The notes under the pieces were generated by a model. The model had not been told where the DNA came from. It saw nothing but the letters and a program-made list of their open reading frames with translations, and ran no database searches. Below are positions 12,076-20,475 of a DNA stretch of 64,000 nucleotides, in pieces. This DNA comes from an uncultured Candidatus Pelagibacter sp. (GTDB lineage: Bacteria > Pseudomonadota > Alphaproteobacteria > Pelagibacterales > Pelagibacteraceae). Each line of letters begins with the position of its first letter. The stretch's first letter is position 1. The stretch lies in assembly GCA_905616465.1 (NCBI GenBank), contig CAJQSX010000005.1, forward strand, positions 14,994 through 78,993. The letters run 5' to 3'. The position numbers and the translations under genes were made by a program.

Positions 12076-12663
12076 TTATTTGGGATCCAGTCCCATTTCC
12101 TTCATATCTTGATATCTATCACCAGTTCTAGCATGAGCTCTACCACTTGATGCACCACCAATTGCTATAACAATTTCATCACTAAATGGAGCGTCATGAA
12201 TGGTAAATTCATGAGTTAAATAATATGGTCTCAATCCCGAGTCTGTTTTATGCATCATTGGAATTGACATTTTAGATCCTGCGGGACCTCTAGTATTCGT
12301 AAAACTTAAATAAGATGTTCCACCAACAGCATCTCTGAATTTATTTCCAAACCTTAAAGTATGAATAAATGCTGATGCGTGTTCTATTTCACCATCAAGT
12401 CCAACAATACCAGCCTTACCATATGCTAAAATTTTTTCCGGAGAGCCCATTTCTTTTATTAATTCTGACACTAGAATAGTACCTAGTTTGGGGGCTAAAT
12501 CTAAAATGATTGGCTTTAAATCATCAACAAAACCTTTTCCATGCCATGGATTTTTAAATACAGCAGCAACTGAAACTAGTAAAACAGGTTCTTTAGCTTC
12601 TTTACCACCTTCAATAAAAGTTTTATCAACAAATTTTGTAAATTTTCTTAATTCAAGTTTCAT
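12076..12663 (-). CDS. DUF1185 / 'amino acid synthesis' family protein (TgnF-like)
   Basis: AAVFKNPWHGKGF, YGKAGIVGLDGEIEHASA, IPMMHK, DAPFSDEIVIAIG are typical of DUF1185. Confidence 0.8.
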   Translation of the reverse strand: MKLELRKFTKFVDKTFIEGGKEAKEPVLLVSVAAVFKNPWHGKGFVDDLKPIILDLAPKLGTILVSELIKEMGSPEKILAYGKAGIVGLDGEIEHASAFIHTLRFGNKFRDAVGGTSYLSFTNTRGPAGSKMSIPMMHKTDSGLRPYYLTHEFTIHDAPFSDEIVIAIGGASSGRAHARTGDRYQDMKEMGLDPK

Positions 12664-13829
12664 TAACTAGCCTTTTCCATATTTGAATTATCTAAATTAA
12701 TTTTTGGTATCACTTCATCATTAAACAGTTTTATACTTTTCATACAAGCGTCATGCTCTATGCCGGGAAAGTTAGACCATACTTGTAAGTTTTGTAAATT
12801 TAATTCAGATTTTAATTCATTAATTTTATTAACCACATACTCCGGTGTACCAAATAATAAATTTCTTTTATGTAAGAAATCATAATTAAGTAAATCTAAT
12901 TTATGTTTTGTTTCTGGTAGTTCTTCACCTGGATCCATATGATTACCCAAACCTCTCCAATGACAAACCCATTTCATATAATTAATAATATGTTCTCCAG
13001 CTAATTTTTCTGCTTCTTCCATAGTTTCCGCCACAAACATATCCCTAACTAAAGACACACCTTCTCCCAATGGCACATCTCTGTTTTCAGCTTTCGATTT
13101 TGCATCCCTATAAATCTCAAATCTTGACTTCAAAGCTTTTACAGTTGGAATCCACATTATAGTGTTTAATCCATTTTGTGCAGCCCATTCTATCGATCTT
13201 GCTCCATCAACAACTTGCCATATAGGAGGGTGTGGTCGTTGCATTGGTTTTGGAACAACGCTAATTTTTTTTATTTCATTTGTTTTTGTATCTAAAAATT
13301 CCTCACTAGGCGGACTCATATCGTGCTGCCAAGTAAAACCAGGAGTAGGGTAATTATAAAATTCACCTTGGTGACTAAAAAATTTTTCAGTCCATGCTTT
13401 TTTCATCACTGTTAAAGTTTCATCAAATAATCTAAAATTTTTTGCCTGATCTTTTAAGTCAGCTTCTTTATTCATGTTGATAGCTTCTCTGCCATATATT
13501 CCTCTACCAATACCAATATCAACTCTTCCATTTGATAATTGATCCAATAAAGCTATGTCTTCTGCAAGACGTATTGGGTTATGAAAAGTAATTACATTAC
13601 AGGCTTGTCCAATTCTAATTTGTTTTGTTCTTGCAGCAGCATCTACACCCATCATTAAAGGGTTCGTACACGATTCCATTCCTTCATGATTAAAGTGATG
13701 CTCTGTATACCAGATAGAGTCCCAATTATTTTCATCACAGTATGTGGTGATTTCTTTAGTCTCGTTTAATAATTGATTGTATGGTTTTTGATTCCAGTTA
13801 GTGGTGTTACAAAAATATCCAAATTTCAT
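12663..13829 (-). CDS. Luciferase-like (LLM class) flavin-dependent monooxygenase
   Basis: WYTEHHF, NPIRLAEDIALLDQLSNGRVDIGIGRG, PKPMQRPHPPIW, GTPEYV; strong SD (AAGGAGG) upstream. Confidence 0.88.
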   Translation of the reverse strand: MKFGYFCNTTNWNQKPYNQLLNETKEITTYCDENNWDSIWYTEHHFNHEGMESCTNPLMMGVDAAARTKQIRIGQACNVITFHNPIRLAEDIALLDQLSNGRVDIGIGRGIYGREAINMNKEADLKDQAKNFRLFDETLTVMKKAWTEKFFSHQGEFYNYPTPGFTWQHDMSPPSEEFLDTKTNEIKKISVVPKPMQRPHPPIWQVVDGARSIEWAAQNGLNTIMWIPTVKALKSRFEIYRDAKSKAENRDVPLGEGVSLVRDMFVAETMEEAEKLAGEHIINYMKWVCHWRGLGNHMDPGEELPETKHKLDLLNYDFLHKRNLLFGTPEYVVNKINELKSELNLQNLQVWSNFPGIEHDACMKSIKLFNDEVIPKINLDNSNMEKAS

Positions 13830-13996
13830 TCAAACCTCCTTAAATAATTAAATTTAAAGACGACTGATCCCACTTTCGTATTCTTTAGTACCGTTTAAAC
13901 TTTAAGTAACGACGAGTTATGTGCGCTTTTTACCAAACCTTATTTTAACTAGACTCCTTATTCAATATATATTTAATCCAATATTATAGGTAATTT

Positions 13997-14740
13997 ATGA
14001 AATTAAATAAAATTGAGCCAAAATTTATCTTTAAATCGAACCCAAGAATTGGCTTAATTACATTAGGTAGCGATTTCAGAATTGAAAAAGATTTTAATAA
14101 TCTAATATATGGAAGAGACATTGATCTCTATGTAAATAGAATTCATTGCTACAATCCACTTACCAACGACACCTTAGCTAAAATGGCCGAAGATATTACC
14201 GAAGTTACCAAAGATATTCTTCCTGACCAAAAAATAGATTGCATTGCTTATGGCTGCACCTCAGGAACAGTAGCTGCAGGATACGATGTGATAAAAGAAA
14301 AAGTAAATTTAGCCAAACCAGAGGCAAAAGTAACAACTCCTATAACTTCTGCAATTAAAGCCTTAAAAGTTTTGGGAATAAATAAAATATCTATCTTTAC
14401 ACCTTACACAAAAACAATAAACGATTCTGTAGCTAGTTATTTTAAAAAAAGAAATATCACTATTAATTCTTTGAGCTATTTTGATATTGATTCAGATCTG
14501 GATATTGGAAAAGTTGATGAACAATATTTATTTGAAGTTCTGTCTAAAACAGATTTAGTAGATAGCGATGCATTATTTGTTTCCTGTACAGCTTTACCTG
14601 TTTTATCAATAATAGATAAACTGGAGAAAAAACTTAATAAAGTAATTCTATCAAGCAACCAAACTTTAATCTGGGACTCACTTAATGAAATAAATTATAA
14701 AGAAAAAATTGAAGGTTTTGGAAAATTATTTAATCACTAA
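13997..14740 (+). CDS. Asp/Glu racemase / maleate isomerase family protein (EutA-like)
   Basis: Two catalytic-type Cys motifs YGCTSG and FVSCTAL, plus TPY and SSNQ; directly upstream of a doeA/eutD-like gene. Confidence 0.75.
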   Translation: MKLNKIEPKFIFKSNPRIGLITLGSDFRIEKDFNNLIYGRDIDLYVNRIHCYNPLTNDTLAKMAEDITEVTKDILPDQKIDCIAYGCTSGTVAAGYDVIKEKVNLAKPEAKVTTPITSAIKALKVLGINKISIFTPYTKTINDSVASYFKKRNITINSLSYFDIDSDLDIGKVDEQYLFEVLSKTDLVDSDALFVSCTALPVLSIIDKLEKKLNKVILSSNQTLIWDSLNEINYKEKIEGFGKLFNH

Positions 14741-14745
14741 TAAAT

Positions 14746-15915
14746 ATGAATTTTACTAAAGAAGAATATAAAACTAGGTTAAAGAAAGTTCAAAGCTTAA
14801 TGCAAGAAAAAGGCATAGAGCTATTGATATCTAGCGATACAGCCAATATGAATTATTTAACCGGTTATGATGCTTGGTCATTTTATTATGCACAAGCAGT
14901 AGTGGTCCATGTAAATGCTGAAGAGCCATTATGCTGGGTAAGAAAACAAGATTCAGGTGGCGCTTATATAAAAACATATTTAAAAAATGAGAATGTTTTA
15001 ATTTATGATGAAAAATATATTCACACATGGCCACTTCATCCTTATGATAACCTTGTAAACATCATAAAGGAGAGAAATTGGGATAAGCTTACAATTGGCC
15101 TAGAAATGGATAGTCATTATTTCACAGCTTATTGTTATGAAAAAATGAAACAAGGTTTGCCTAATGCTAAGTTAAAAGACTCTAAAAGGTTAGTTAACTG
15201 GGTAAGAGTAGTTAAATCTAATGCTGAGATTGAGTTTATGAAATCAGCAGCAATAATCTCTCAAAAAGGAATGCAAGTAGCAATTGACGTAATAAATCCT
15301 GGTGTAAGACAGTGTGATGCCGTCGGTGAAATTCAAAAAGCATTATTTTATGGTACGCCAGAGTTTGGAGGTGAGTATTCGAGTATTGCAACTTTATTGC
15401 CAACAGGAAAAGGAACTTCTGCTTCACATTTAACAGCAACCCAAGACAAATTTATTAAAGGAGAGGCGACAATTATTGAACTTTCTGGTGTCTATCAACG
15501 ATACCACGTTCCAATGGCTCGTACAGTTTTACTCGGTAAGCCTGACCAAAAAAAGATTGATACTATGAAAAAAACAAATGAGGCACTCCAGGCGGGTATT
15601 GATTTAGCTAAATCTGGAAATACAGCAGATGACGTTGCTCAAGCATTTTGGAAAATATTAGATAAATATGGAATAGAAAAAACTTCAAGAACTGGATATT
15701 CAATTGGCATAGGTTATCCGCCTGATTGGGGTGAGCATACATTAAATATTTCAAAAGGTGATATGACTGTTTTACAACCAAACGTTACTTTTCACATGAT
15801 TGCAGTGATGCAATTTGGAAATTGGGGAGTAGAAGCATCTGAGGCAATAAGAGTCACAGATAATGGCGCAGAACTGTTTTGTAATTTTTCTAAAGAACTT
15901 CATGTTAAAAGTTAG
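14746..15915 (+). CDS. doeA: Ectoine hydrolase-like M24 family protein (DoeA/EutD)
   Basis: NMNYLTGYDAWSFY, LVNWVRVVKS, YHVPMART and RTGYSIGIGYPPDWGE match EutD/DoeA signatures. Confidence 0.75.
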   Translation: MNFTKEEYKTRLKKVQSLMQEKGIELLISSDTANMNYLTGYDAWSFYYAQAVVVHVNAEEPLCWVRKQDSGGAYIKTYLKNENVLIYDEKYIHTWPLHPYDNLVNIIKERNWDKLTIGLEMDSHYFTAYCYEKMKQGLPNAKLKDSKRLVNWVRVVKSNAEIEFMKSAAIISQKGMQVAIDVINPGVRQCDAVGEIQKALFYGTPEFGGEYSSIATLLPTGKGTSASHLTATQDKFIKGEATIIELSGVYQRYHVPMARTVLLGKPDQKKIDTMKKTNEALQAGIDLAKSGNTADDVAQAFWKILDKYGIEKTSRTGYSIGIGYPPDWGEHTLNISKGDMTVLQPNVTFHMIAVMQFGNWGVEASEAIRVTDNGAELFCNFSKELHVKS

Positions 15916-15971
15916 TTATTAGGGGTTGATATTTATTCCTACAAATGTTTTAAATTCACTAAATTATTTCA

Positions 15972-17051
15972 ATGAATAAAGAATTCGTCAAATTTGATAA
16001 AGTAGATAAAAGTTATGACGGTAAAATACTGGTCGTAAAAGATCTTCAGTTAGATATTGAAGAGGGTGAATTTGTTACAATGTTAGGCCCCTCAGGTTCT
16101 GGTAAAACTACTTGTCTAATGATGTTAGCTGGTTTTGAAACACCAACACACGGTGAAATTTATTTAAATGGAAAAGCAATATCAAGTATTCCTCCTCACA
16201 AAAGAGGAATTGGAATGGTATTCCAAAACTATGCATTGTTTCCTCATATGACTGTATATGAAAATTTAGCATTTCCATTAAGAGTTAGAAAAATTCCAAA
16301 AGATGAAGCAGATAAAAAAATTGATAAAGCATTATCAATGGTATCACTCCAAGGTTTTGCCGAAAGAATGCCTGGACAATTATCGGGTGGTCAACAGCAA
16401 AGAGTGGCGGTAGCAAGATCACTAGTATTTGATCCACAACTAGTATTAATGGATGAGCCTCTAGGAGCATTAGATAAAAATTTAAGAGAGAGTATGCAAT
16501 ATGAAATTAAACATATTCATGAAAGTATTGGAGTAACAGTCGTTTATGTTACACATGATCAAAGTGAAGCTTTAACAATGTCAAACCGAATTGCAGTTTT
16601 CAATGATGGTAAAGTTCAGCAACTTTCAAGTCCAGATGAATTATATGAAAAACCAGTTAACTCTTTTGTTGCAGAGTTTATTGGAGAGAACAATACATTT
16701 GCAGGTGAAGTTTCGGATATTTCAGGTGGAAAATGCAAAGTTAAATTAGCTAATGCAGAAATATTAGCAAATCCAATTTCGGTTAAAAGAAAAGGGGAAA
16801 AAACAAAAATTTCTTTAAGACCTGAAAGAGCCTTGATAAATCCCAGTGATAAAATGGACAACATACATTCAGGTAAAGTTGAAGAAGTGATATATCACGG
16901 AGATCATACAAGAGTACGAATGAATGTATTAGGTAATAATCAATTTATTCTAAAAGTTCCAAACAGCTCAGCCAACCTGGATATTAAGCTTGGCAAAGAG
17001 ATTAAAATTGGATGGAACAGTGAAGACGCTAGAGCTCTAGACCCTAAGTAA
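15972..17051 (+). CDS. potA: ABC transporter ATP-binding subunit, PotA family
   Basis: GPSGSGKTT, VFQNYALFPHM, LSGGQQQR, LMDEP; C-terminal TOBE-like domain. Confidence 0.9.
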   Translation: MNKEFVKFDKVDKSYDGKILVVKDLQLDIEEGEFVTMLGPSGSGKTTCLMMLAGFETPTHGEIYLNGKAISSIPPHKRGIGMVFQNYALFPHMTVYENLAFPLRVRKIPKDEADKKIDKALSMVSLQGFAERMPGQLSGGQQQRVAVARSLVFDPQLVLMDEPLGALDKNLRESMQYEIKHIHESIGVTVVYVTHDQSEALTMSNRIAVFNDGKVQQLSSPDELYEKPVNSFVAEFIGENNTFAGEVSDISGGKCKVKLANAEILANPISVKRKGEKTKISLRPERALINPSDKMDNIHSGKVEEVIYHGDHTRVRMNVLGNNQFILKVPNSSANLDIKLGKEIKIGWNSEDARALDPK

Positions 17052-17090
17052 TAATCAGTAAATACATTGTTAATTAAGTAAAATGGGCTG

Positions 17091-17121
17091 TTGACTCTGA
17101 TTATCGACTTTGTTGTACTCT
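17091..17121 (+). promoter_or_regulatory. Possible internal sigma70 promoter for the SBP gene
   Basis: TTGACT at 17091-17096. The -10 is weak (TGTACT at 17 bp spacing or TACTCT at 19 bp). Same CTGTTGACT context as the tmoX promoter. Confidence 0.35.
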
Positions 17122-17155
17122 CTTTTTTAAAAAATAACGTTTAAACGGAGGAAAT

Positions 17156-18274
17156 ATGAAAACTATTAGTAAATTATTACTAGCTATCACTTTTGCTATC
17201 TCTGTAACTACTTCAGCATTTGCAGTAACTGTAGTGTCTTGGGGTGGGTCTTACACAGAGTCTCAAAAGTTAGGTTATGGTGATCCTACTGCTAAAGCAA
17301 CCGGTATAGAAATTAACTGGGTTGATTATTCAGGTGGATTATCTGAGATTAAAGCACAAAAAGAAGCTGGCGCAATTACATGGGATATTATCGATGTATA
17401 TGCAATGGATACTATCACTGGATGTGACGAAGGATTATTTGTTGAATTTGATTTTGACAAAGACTTTCCAGCTGCACCAGATGGAACAGTTGCGAGTAAA
17501 GATTTCTTTGCTCCAATGCCGAGTAAATGTGCTGTAGGAAATATTTTATATTCTTGGACTTACGCTTATAATACTGAAACTATTAAAGGCACTCCAAAAA
17601 CTATCAAAGATTTCTTTAACACTAAAAAGTTCCCTGGAAAAAGAGGTATCTACAAAGGTGCTTTAACTAATCTAGAGATCGCTTTAGCTGCAGATGGAAT
17701 TAAACCAGGTAAAGGTGGAGAAAAAATCTATAAAGCTTTAGACACAGAAAAAGGTGTTACTAGAGCTATGGATAAGATCAAAGAATTATGTACAGATCCT
17801 AATGGTGGATGTGTATTTTGGTCTGCAGGTGCTCAACCGCCAGAATTATTAGTTTCAGGTGAAGTCGTTATGGCTACAGGTTGGAATGGTAGATTCTTTA
17901 ATGCAATAGTGGAAGGTGCTCCATTAAAACAAGTATGGGATGGACAAGGTCTTGACTACGAATACTTCGTACAAGTTAAGGGTGGACCAAACGATGCTAA
18001 TGGAAAAGCTTTAAAAGCTTTAGCTATGATGACAAGTACGGAGATGTTAGCGGGTAGTGCAAAACATATTGCATACGCTCCATACAGAATATCTTCTATT
18101 GATATCATGCAAGCAGGAGAACCTTGGTTTAAAGATGGTAAAACTAATATGGTACCACAAATGCCAACTGCTCCCGCAAACACTAAAAACTACTTCTTAG
18201 TAGATCCAATTTACTGGGCTGATAATGGTACAGAGCTTGGTGAAAAATGGGAAGCTATGAAAGCTGGTTTTTAA
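17156..18274 (+). CDS. potD: ABC transporter substrate-binding protein, PotD/PotF family (substrate uncertain)
   Basis: Signal peptide ending AFA; VVSWGGSY, WDIID, DFFNTKKFPGKR, GWNGR; strong SD GGAGG. Confidence 0.85.
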   Translation: MKTISKLLLAITFAISVTTSAFAVTVVSWGGSYTESQKLGYGDPTAKATGIEINWVDYSGGLSEIKAQKEAGAITWDIIDVYAMDTITGCDEGLFVEFDFDKDFPAAPDGTVASKDFFAPMPSKCAVGNILYSWTYAYNTETIKGTPKTIKDFFNTKKFPGKRGIYKGALTNLEIALAADGIKPGKGGEKIYKALDTEKGVTRAMDKIKELCTDPNGGCVFWSAGAQPPELLVSGEVVMATGWNGRFFNAIVEGAPLKQVWDGQGLDYEYFVQVKGGPNDANGKALKALAMMTSTEMLAGSAKHIAYAPYRISSIDIMQAGEPWFKDGKTNMVPQMPTAPANTKNYFLVDPIYWADNGTELGEKWEAMKAGF

Positions 18275-18311
18275 TTTAAGTTTTAAACAACTAAATTATA
18301 TACTATAATTT

Positions 18312-18341
18312 AAGGGCGGTTATTTTATAACCGCCCTTTTT
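18312..18341 (+). terminator. Intrinsic terminator or mRNA-stabilising hairpin after the SBP gene
   Basis: AAGGGCGGTTAT-ttt-ATAACCGCCCTT, a 12-bp perfect stem ending in a T run. Confidence 0.85.
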
Positions 18342-18345
18342 ATTT

Positions 18346-19599
18346 ATGAACTCAGAAACACAAAAAATTTTAACAACAGATGGAATACCTTTAGAGGTAA
18401 GTCTAAAAAAAGCTGAACGTAAAAATAAGATTAAAGCTTTCTTACTTGTTGCTCCTTTATTATTATTTATAATTATTACTTACGTAATTCCAATTGGTAG
18501 TATGCTTACGAGAAGTATTGATGACAAAATGGTTACCGAGATGCTTCCTAAAACATTTAAATCAATGGAGACATGGGATGGACAAGAGTTACCACCAGAA
18601 GAAGTTTTTGAAGCTTTTTACTTAGATTTTCAAAATTTAGTTGATGAAAGACGTGAGGGTAAACTATCTACACAATTAAATTATACAAAAAATGGCTTTA
18701 AAAGTATTATTAAAAAATTAAGAAGAAAATCAAAATCCTTTGTTGAAGGTAATTATAAAGAACAAATAATGTCAGTCCACAAAAGGTGGGCAGATGTCGA
18801 ATACTGGCAAGCAATAAAAAGAAGAGCCCCAGCATATACTGTTCAAAAATATTTAAAAGGCATAGACATGTATAAAAATGATAAAGGAGAAATAGTTAAT
18901 GTATCCGAAGATAGAAGAATTCACAGACTATTATGGTTAAGAACAATAGAAGTTGCATTATTTGTAACAATTTTTTGTTTTTTAATGGCGTATCCAATAG
19001 CTCATTTGTTAGCTACTTTGCCTATGAAGTATAGCAACTTGCTAATGATCTGCGTACTACTTCCGTTTTGGACCTCATTACTTGTGAGGACTGCCAGTTG
19101 GATGATATTGTTACAACAGCAGGGTATAGTAAATGATTTCTTTGTCTTCATTGGTTTGGTTGCTAATGATGCGAGACCTGAGATGATGTACAATAAAACT
19201 GGAACATACGTTGCAATGACACAAATTTTGTTACCATTTATGGTTTTGCCACTTTATAGTGTTATGAAAACTATTTCACCTAGCTTAATGAGGGCAGGAA
19301 AATCATTAGGCGGAACACCATTTACAACCTTTTGGAAAATTTATTTTCCTTTAACAATACCGGGTATTGGTGCCGGTTGTTTGTTAGTTTTCATTTTAGC
19401 AATAGGTTATTACATTACTCCGGCCTTAGTTGGAGGTGCATCTGGTACTCTTATAAGTAACCAAATAGCTTTTCACATGAAAGCTACACTTGATTGGAGC
19501 TTCGCTTCAGCAATGGGATTAATGCTTTTGACTGGAGTTTTAGCAATCTATTGGGTTTACAATAAAATAGTAGGAATTGATAATATCAAATTAGGATAA
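18346..19599 (+). CDS. potB: ABC transporter permease, PotB family, with large periplasmic insert
   Basis: LLPFWTSLLVRT, LPFMVLPLY, EAA-like loop LMRAGKSLGG, YITPALVGG. Confidence 0.88.
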   Translation: MNSETQKILTTDGIPLEVSLKKAERKNKIKAFLLVAPLLLFIIITYVIPIGSMLTRSIDDKMVTEMLPKTFKSMETWDGQELPPEEVFEAFYLDFQNLVDERREGKLSTQLNYTKNGFKSIIKKLRRKSKSFVEGNYKEQIMSVHKRWADVEYWQAIKRRAPAYTVQKYLKGIDMYKNDKGEIVNVSEDRRIHRLLWLRTIEVALFVTIFCFLMAYPIAHLLATLPMKYSNLLMICVLLPFWTSLLVRTASWMILLQQQGIVNDFFVFIGLVANDARPEMMYNKTGTYVAMTQILLPFMVLPLYSVMKTISPSLMRAGKSLGGTPFTTFWKIYFPLTIPGIGAGCLLVFILAIGYYITPALVGGASGTLISNQIAFHMKATLDWSFASAMGLMLLTGVLAIYWVYNKIVGIDNIKLG

Positions 19600-19608
19600 T
19601 TAAAAAGA

Positions 19609-20466
19609 ATGGCTTTACCAAGATATACAGAACCACATTACAGAGCTTGGCACTATCTATATTTAACTATTTGTACAGCTGTTTTCTTTTTTTTAATTGC
19701 ACCTCTGTTTGTAATATTCCCTTTATCTTTCAATTCAGAGGAATTTTTAGTTTTTACAGATGGCATGATGAGACTTGATCCAGATGCTTTTTCTACCAGG
19801 TGGTACAAGGATATGGTTTATGGAACTAAAAATCCATGGGGCTTAGCTGCAAGAAATAGTTTTATAATCGCATTTTTTGCAACAATTGGTTCAGTTTTAC
19901 TAGGAACTGTTGCCGCATTGGGATTGAGTAGTAGACATATGCCTTACAAGGGTTTGATCATGGCTATATTAATTTCTCCAATGATTGTTCCATTAATTAT
20001 TTCAGGTGTAGCGATCTTTTTCTTTATGGCTAAAGCTGGTTTAGCAGCAACGCATACAGGAATTATTCTTGCACATATAATTTTAGGTACACCATTTGTT
20101 GTAATCACAGTTACAGCTACTTTATCTGGCTTTGATCACAGTGTAACAAGAGCAGCAGCCAGTCTTGGAAGCAATCCAGTAAATACTTTTATGAAAATTA
20201 CTTTACCGTTAATCTTACCAGGTGTAATATCGGGTGGTTTGTTTGCTTTTGTAACTTCATTCGATGAAGTTGTGGTTGTCCTATTTTTAGCTGGTCTTGA
20301 AAGTACAACTATTCCAATTCAAATGTGGACTGGTCTAAGAGAACAATTAAGCCCAACTATTCTCGCAGTAGCAACTTGCTTAATTGTTTTGTCAACTTTA
20401 ATACTTGTAACCGCTGAACTCTTGAGAAGAAGATCTGAGAGACTCAGGGGCATAAATCGACATTAA
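19609..20466 (+). CDS. potC: ABC transporter permease, PotC family
   Basis: SPMIVPLII, RAAASLGSNP, FVTSFDEVV, TIPIQMW. Confidence 0.88.
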   Translation: MALPRYTEPHYRAWHYLYLTICTAVFFFLIAPLFVIFPLSFNSEEFLVFTDGMMRLDPDAFSTRWYKDMVYGTKNPWGLAARNSFIIAFFATIGSVLLGTVAALGLSSRHMPYKGLIMAILISPMIVPLIISGVAIFFFMAKAGLAATHTGIILAHIILGTPFVVITVTATLSGFDHSVTRAAASLGSNPVNTFMKITLPLILPGVISGGLFAFVTSFDEVVVVLFLAGLESTTIPIQMWTGLREQLSPTILAVATCLIVLSTLILVTAELLRRRSERLRGINRH

Positions 20467-20475
20467 AATCATTTC

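Noticed and set aside
13889-13936. Short TTG-started minus-strand reading frame in the LLM leader as a possible leader peptide
   Set aside because: The upstream SD-like word is too far from the TTG and the codon content is uninformative.
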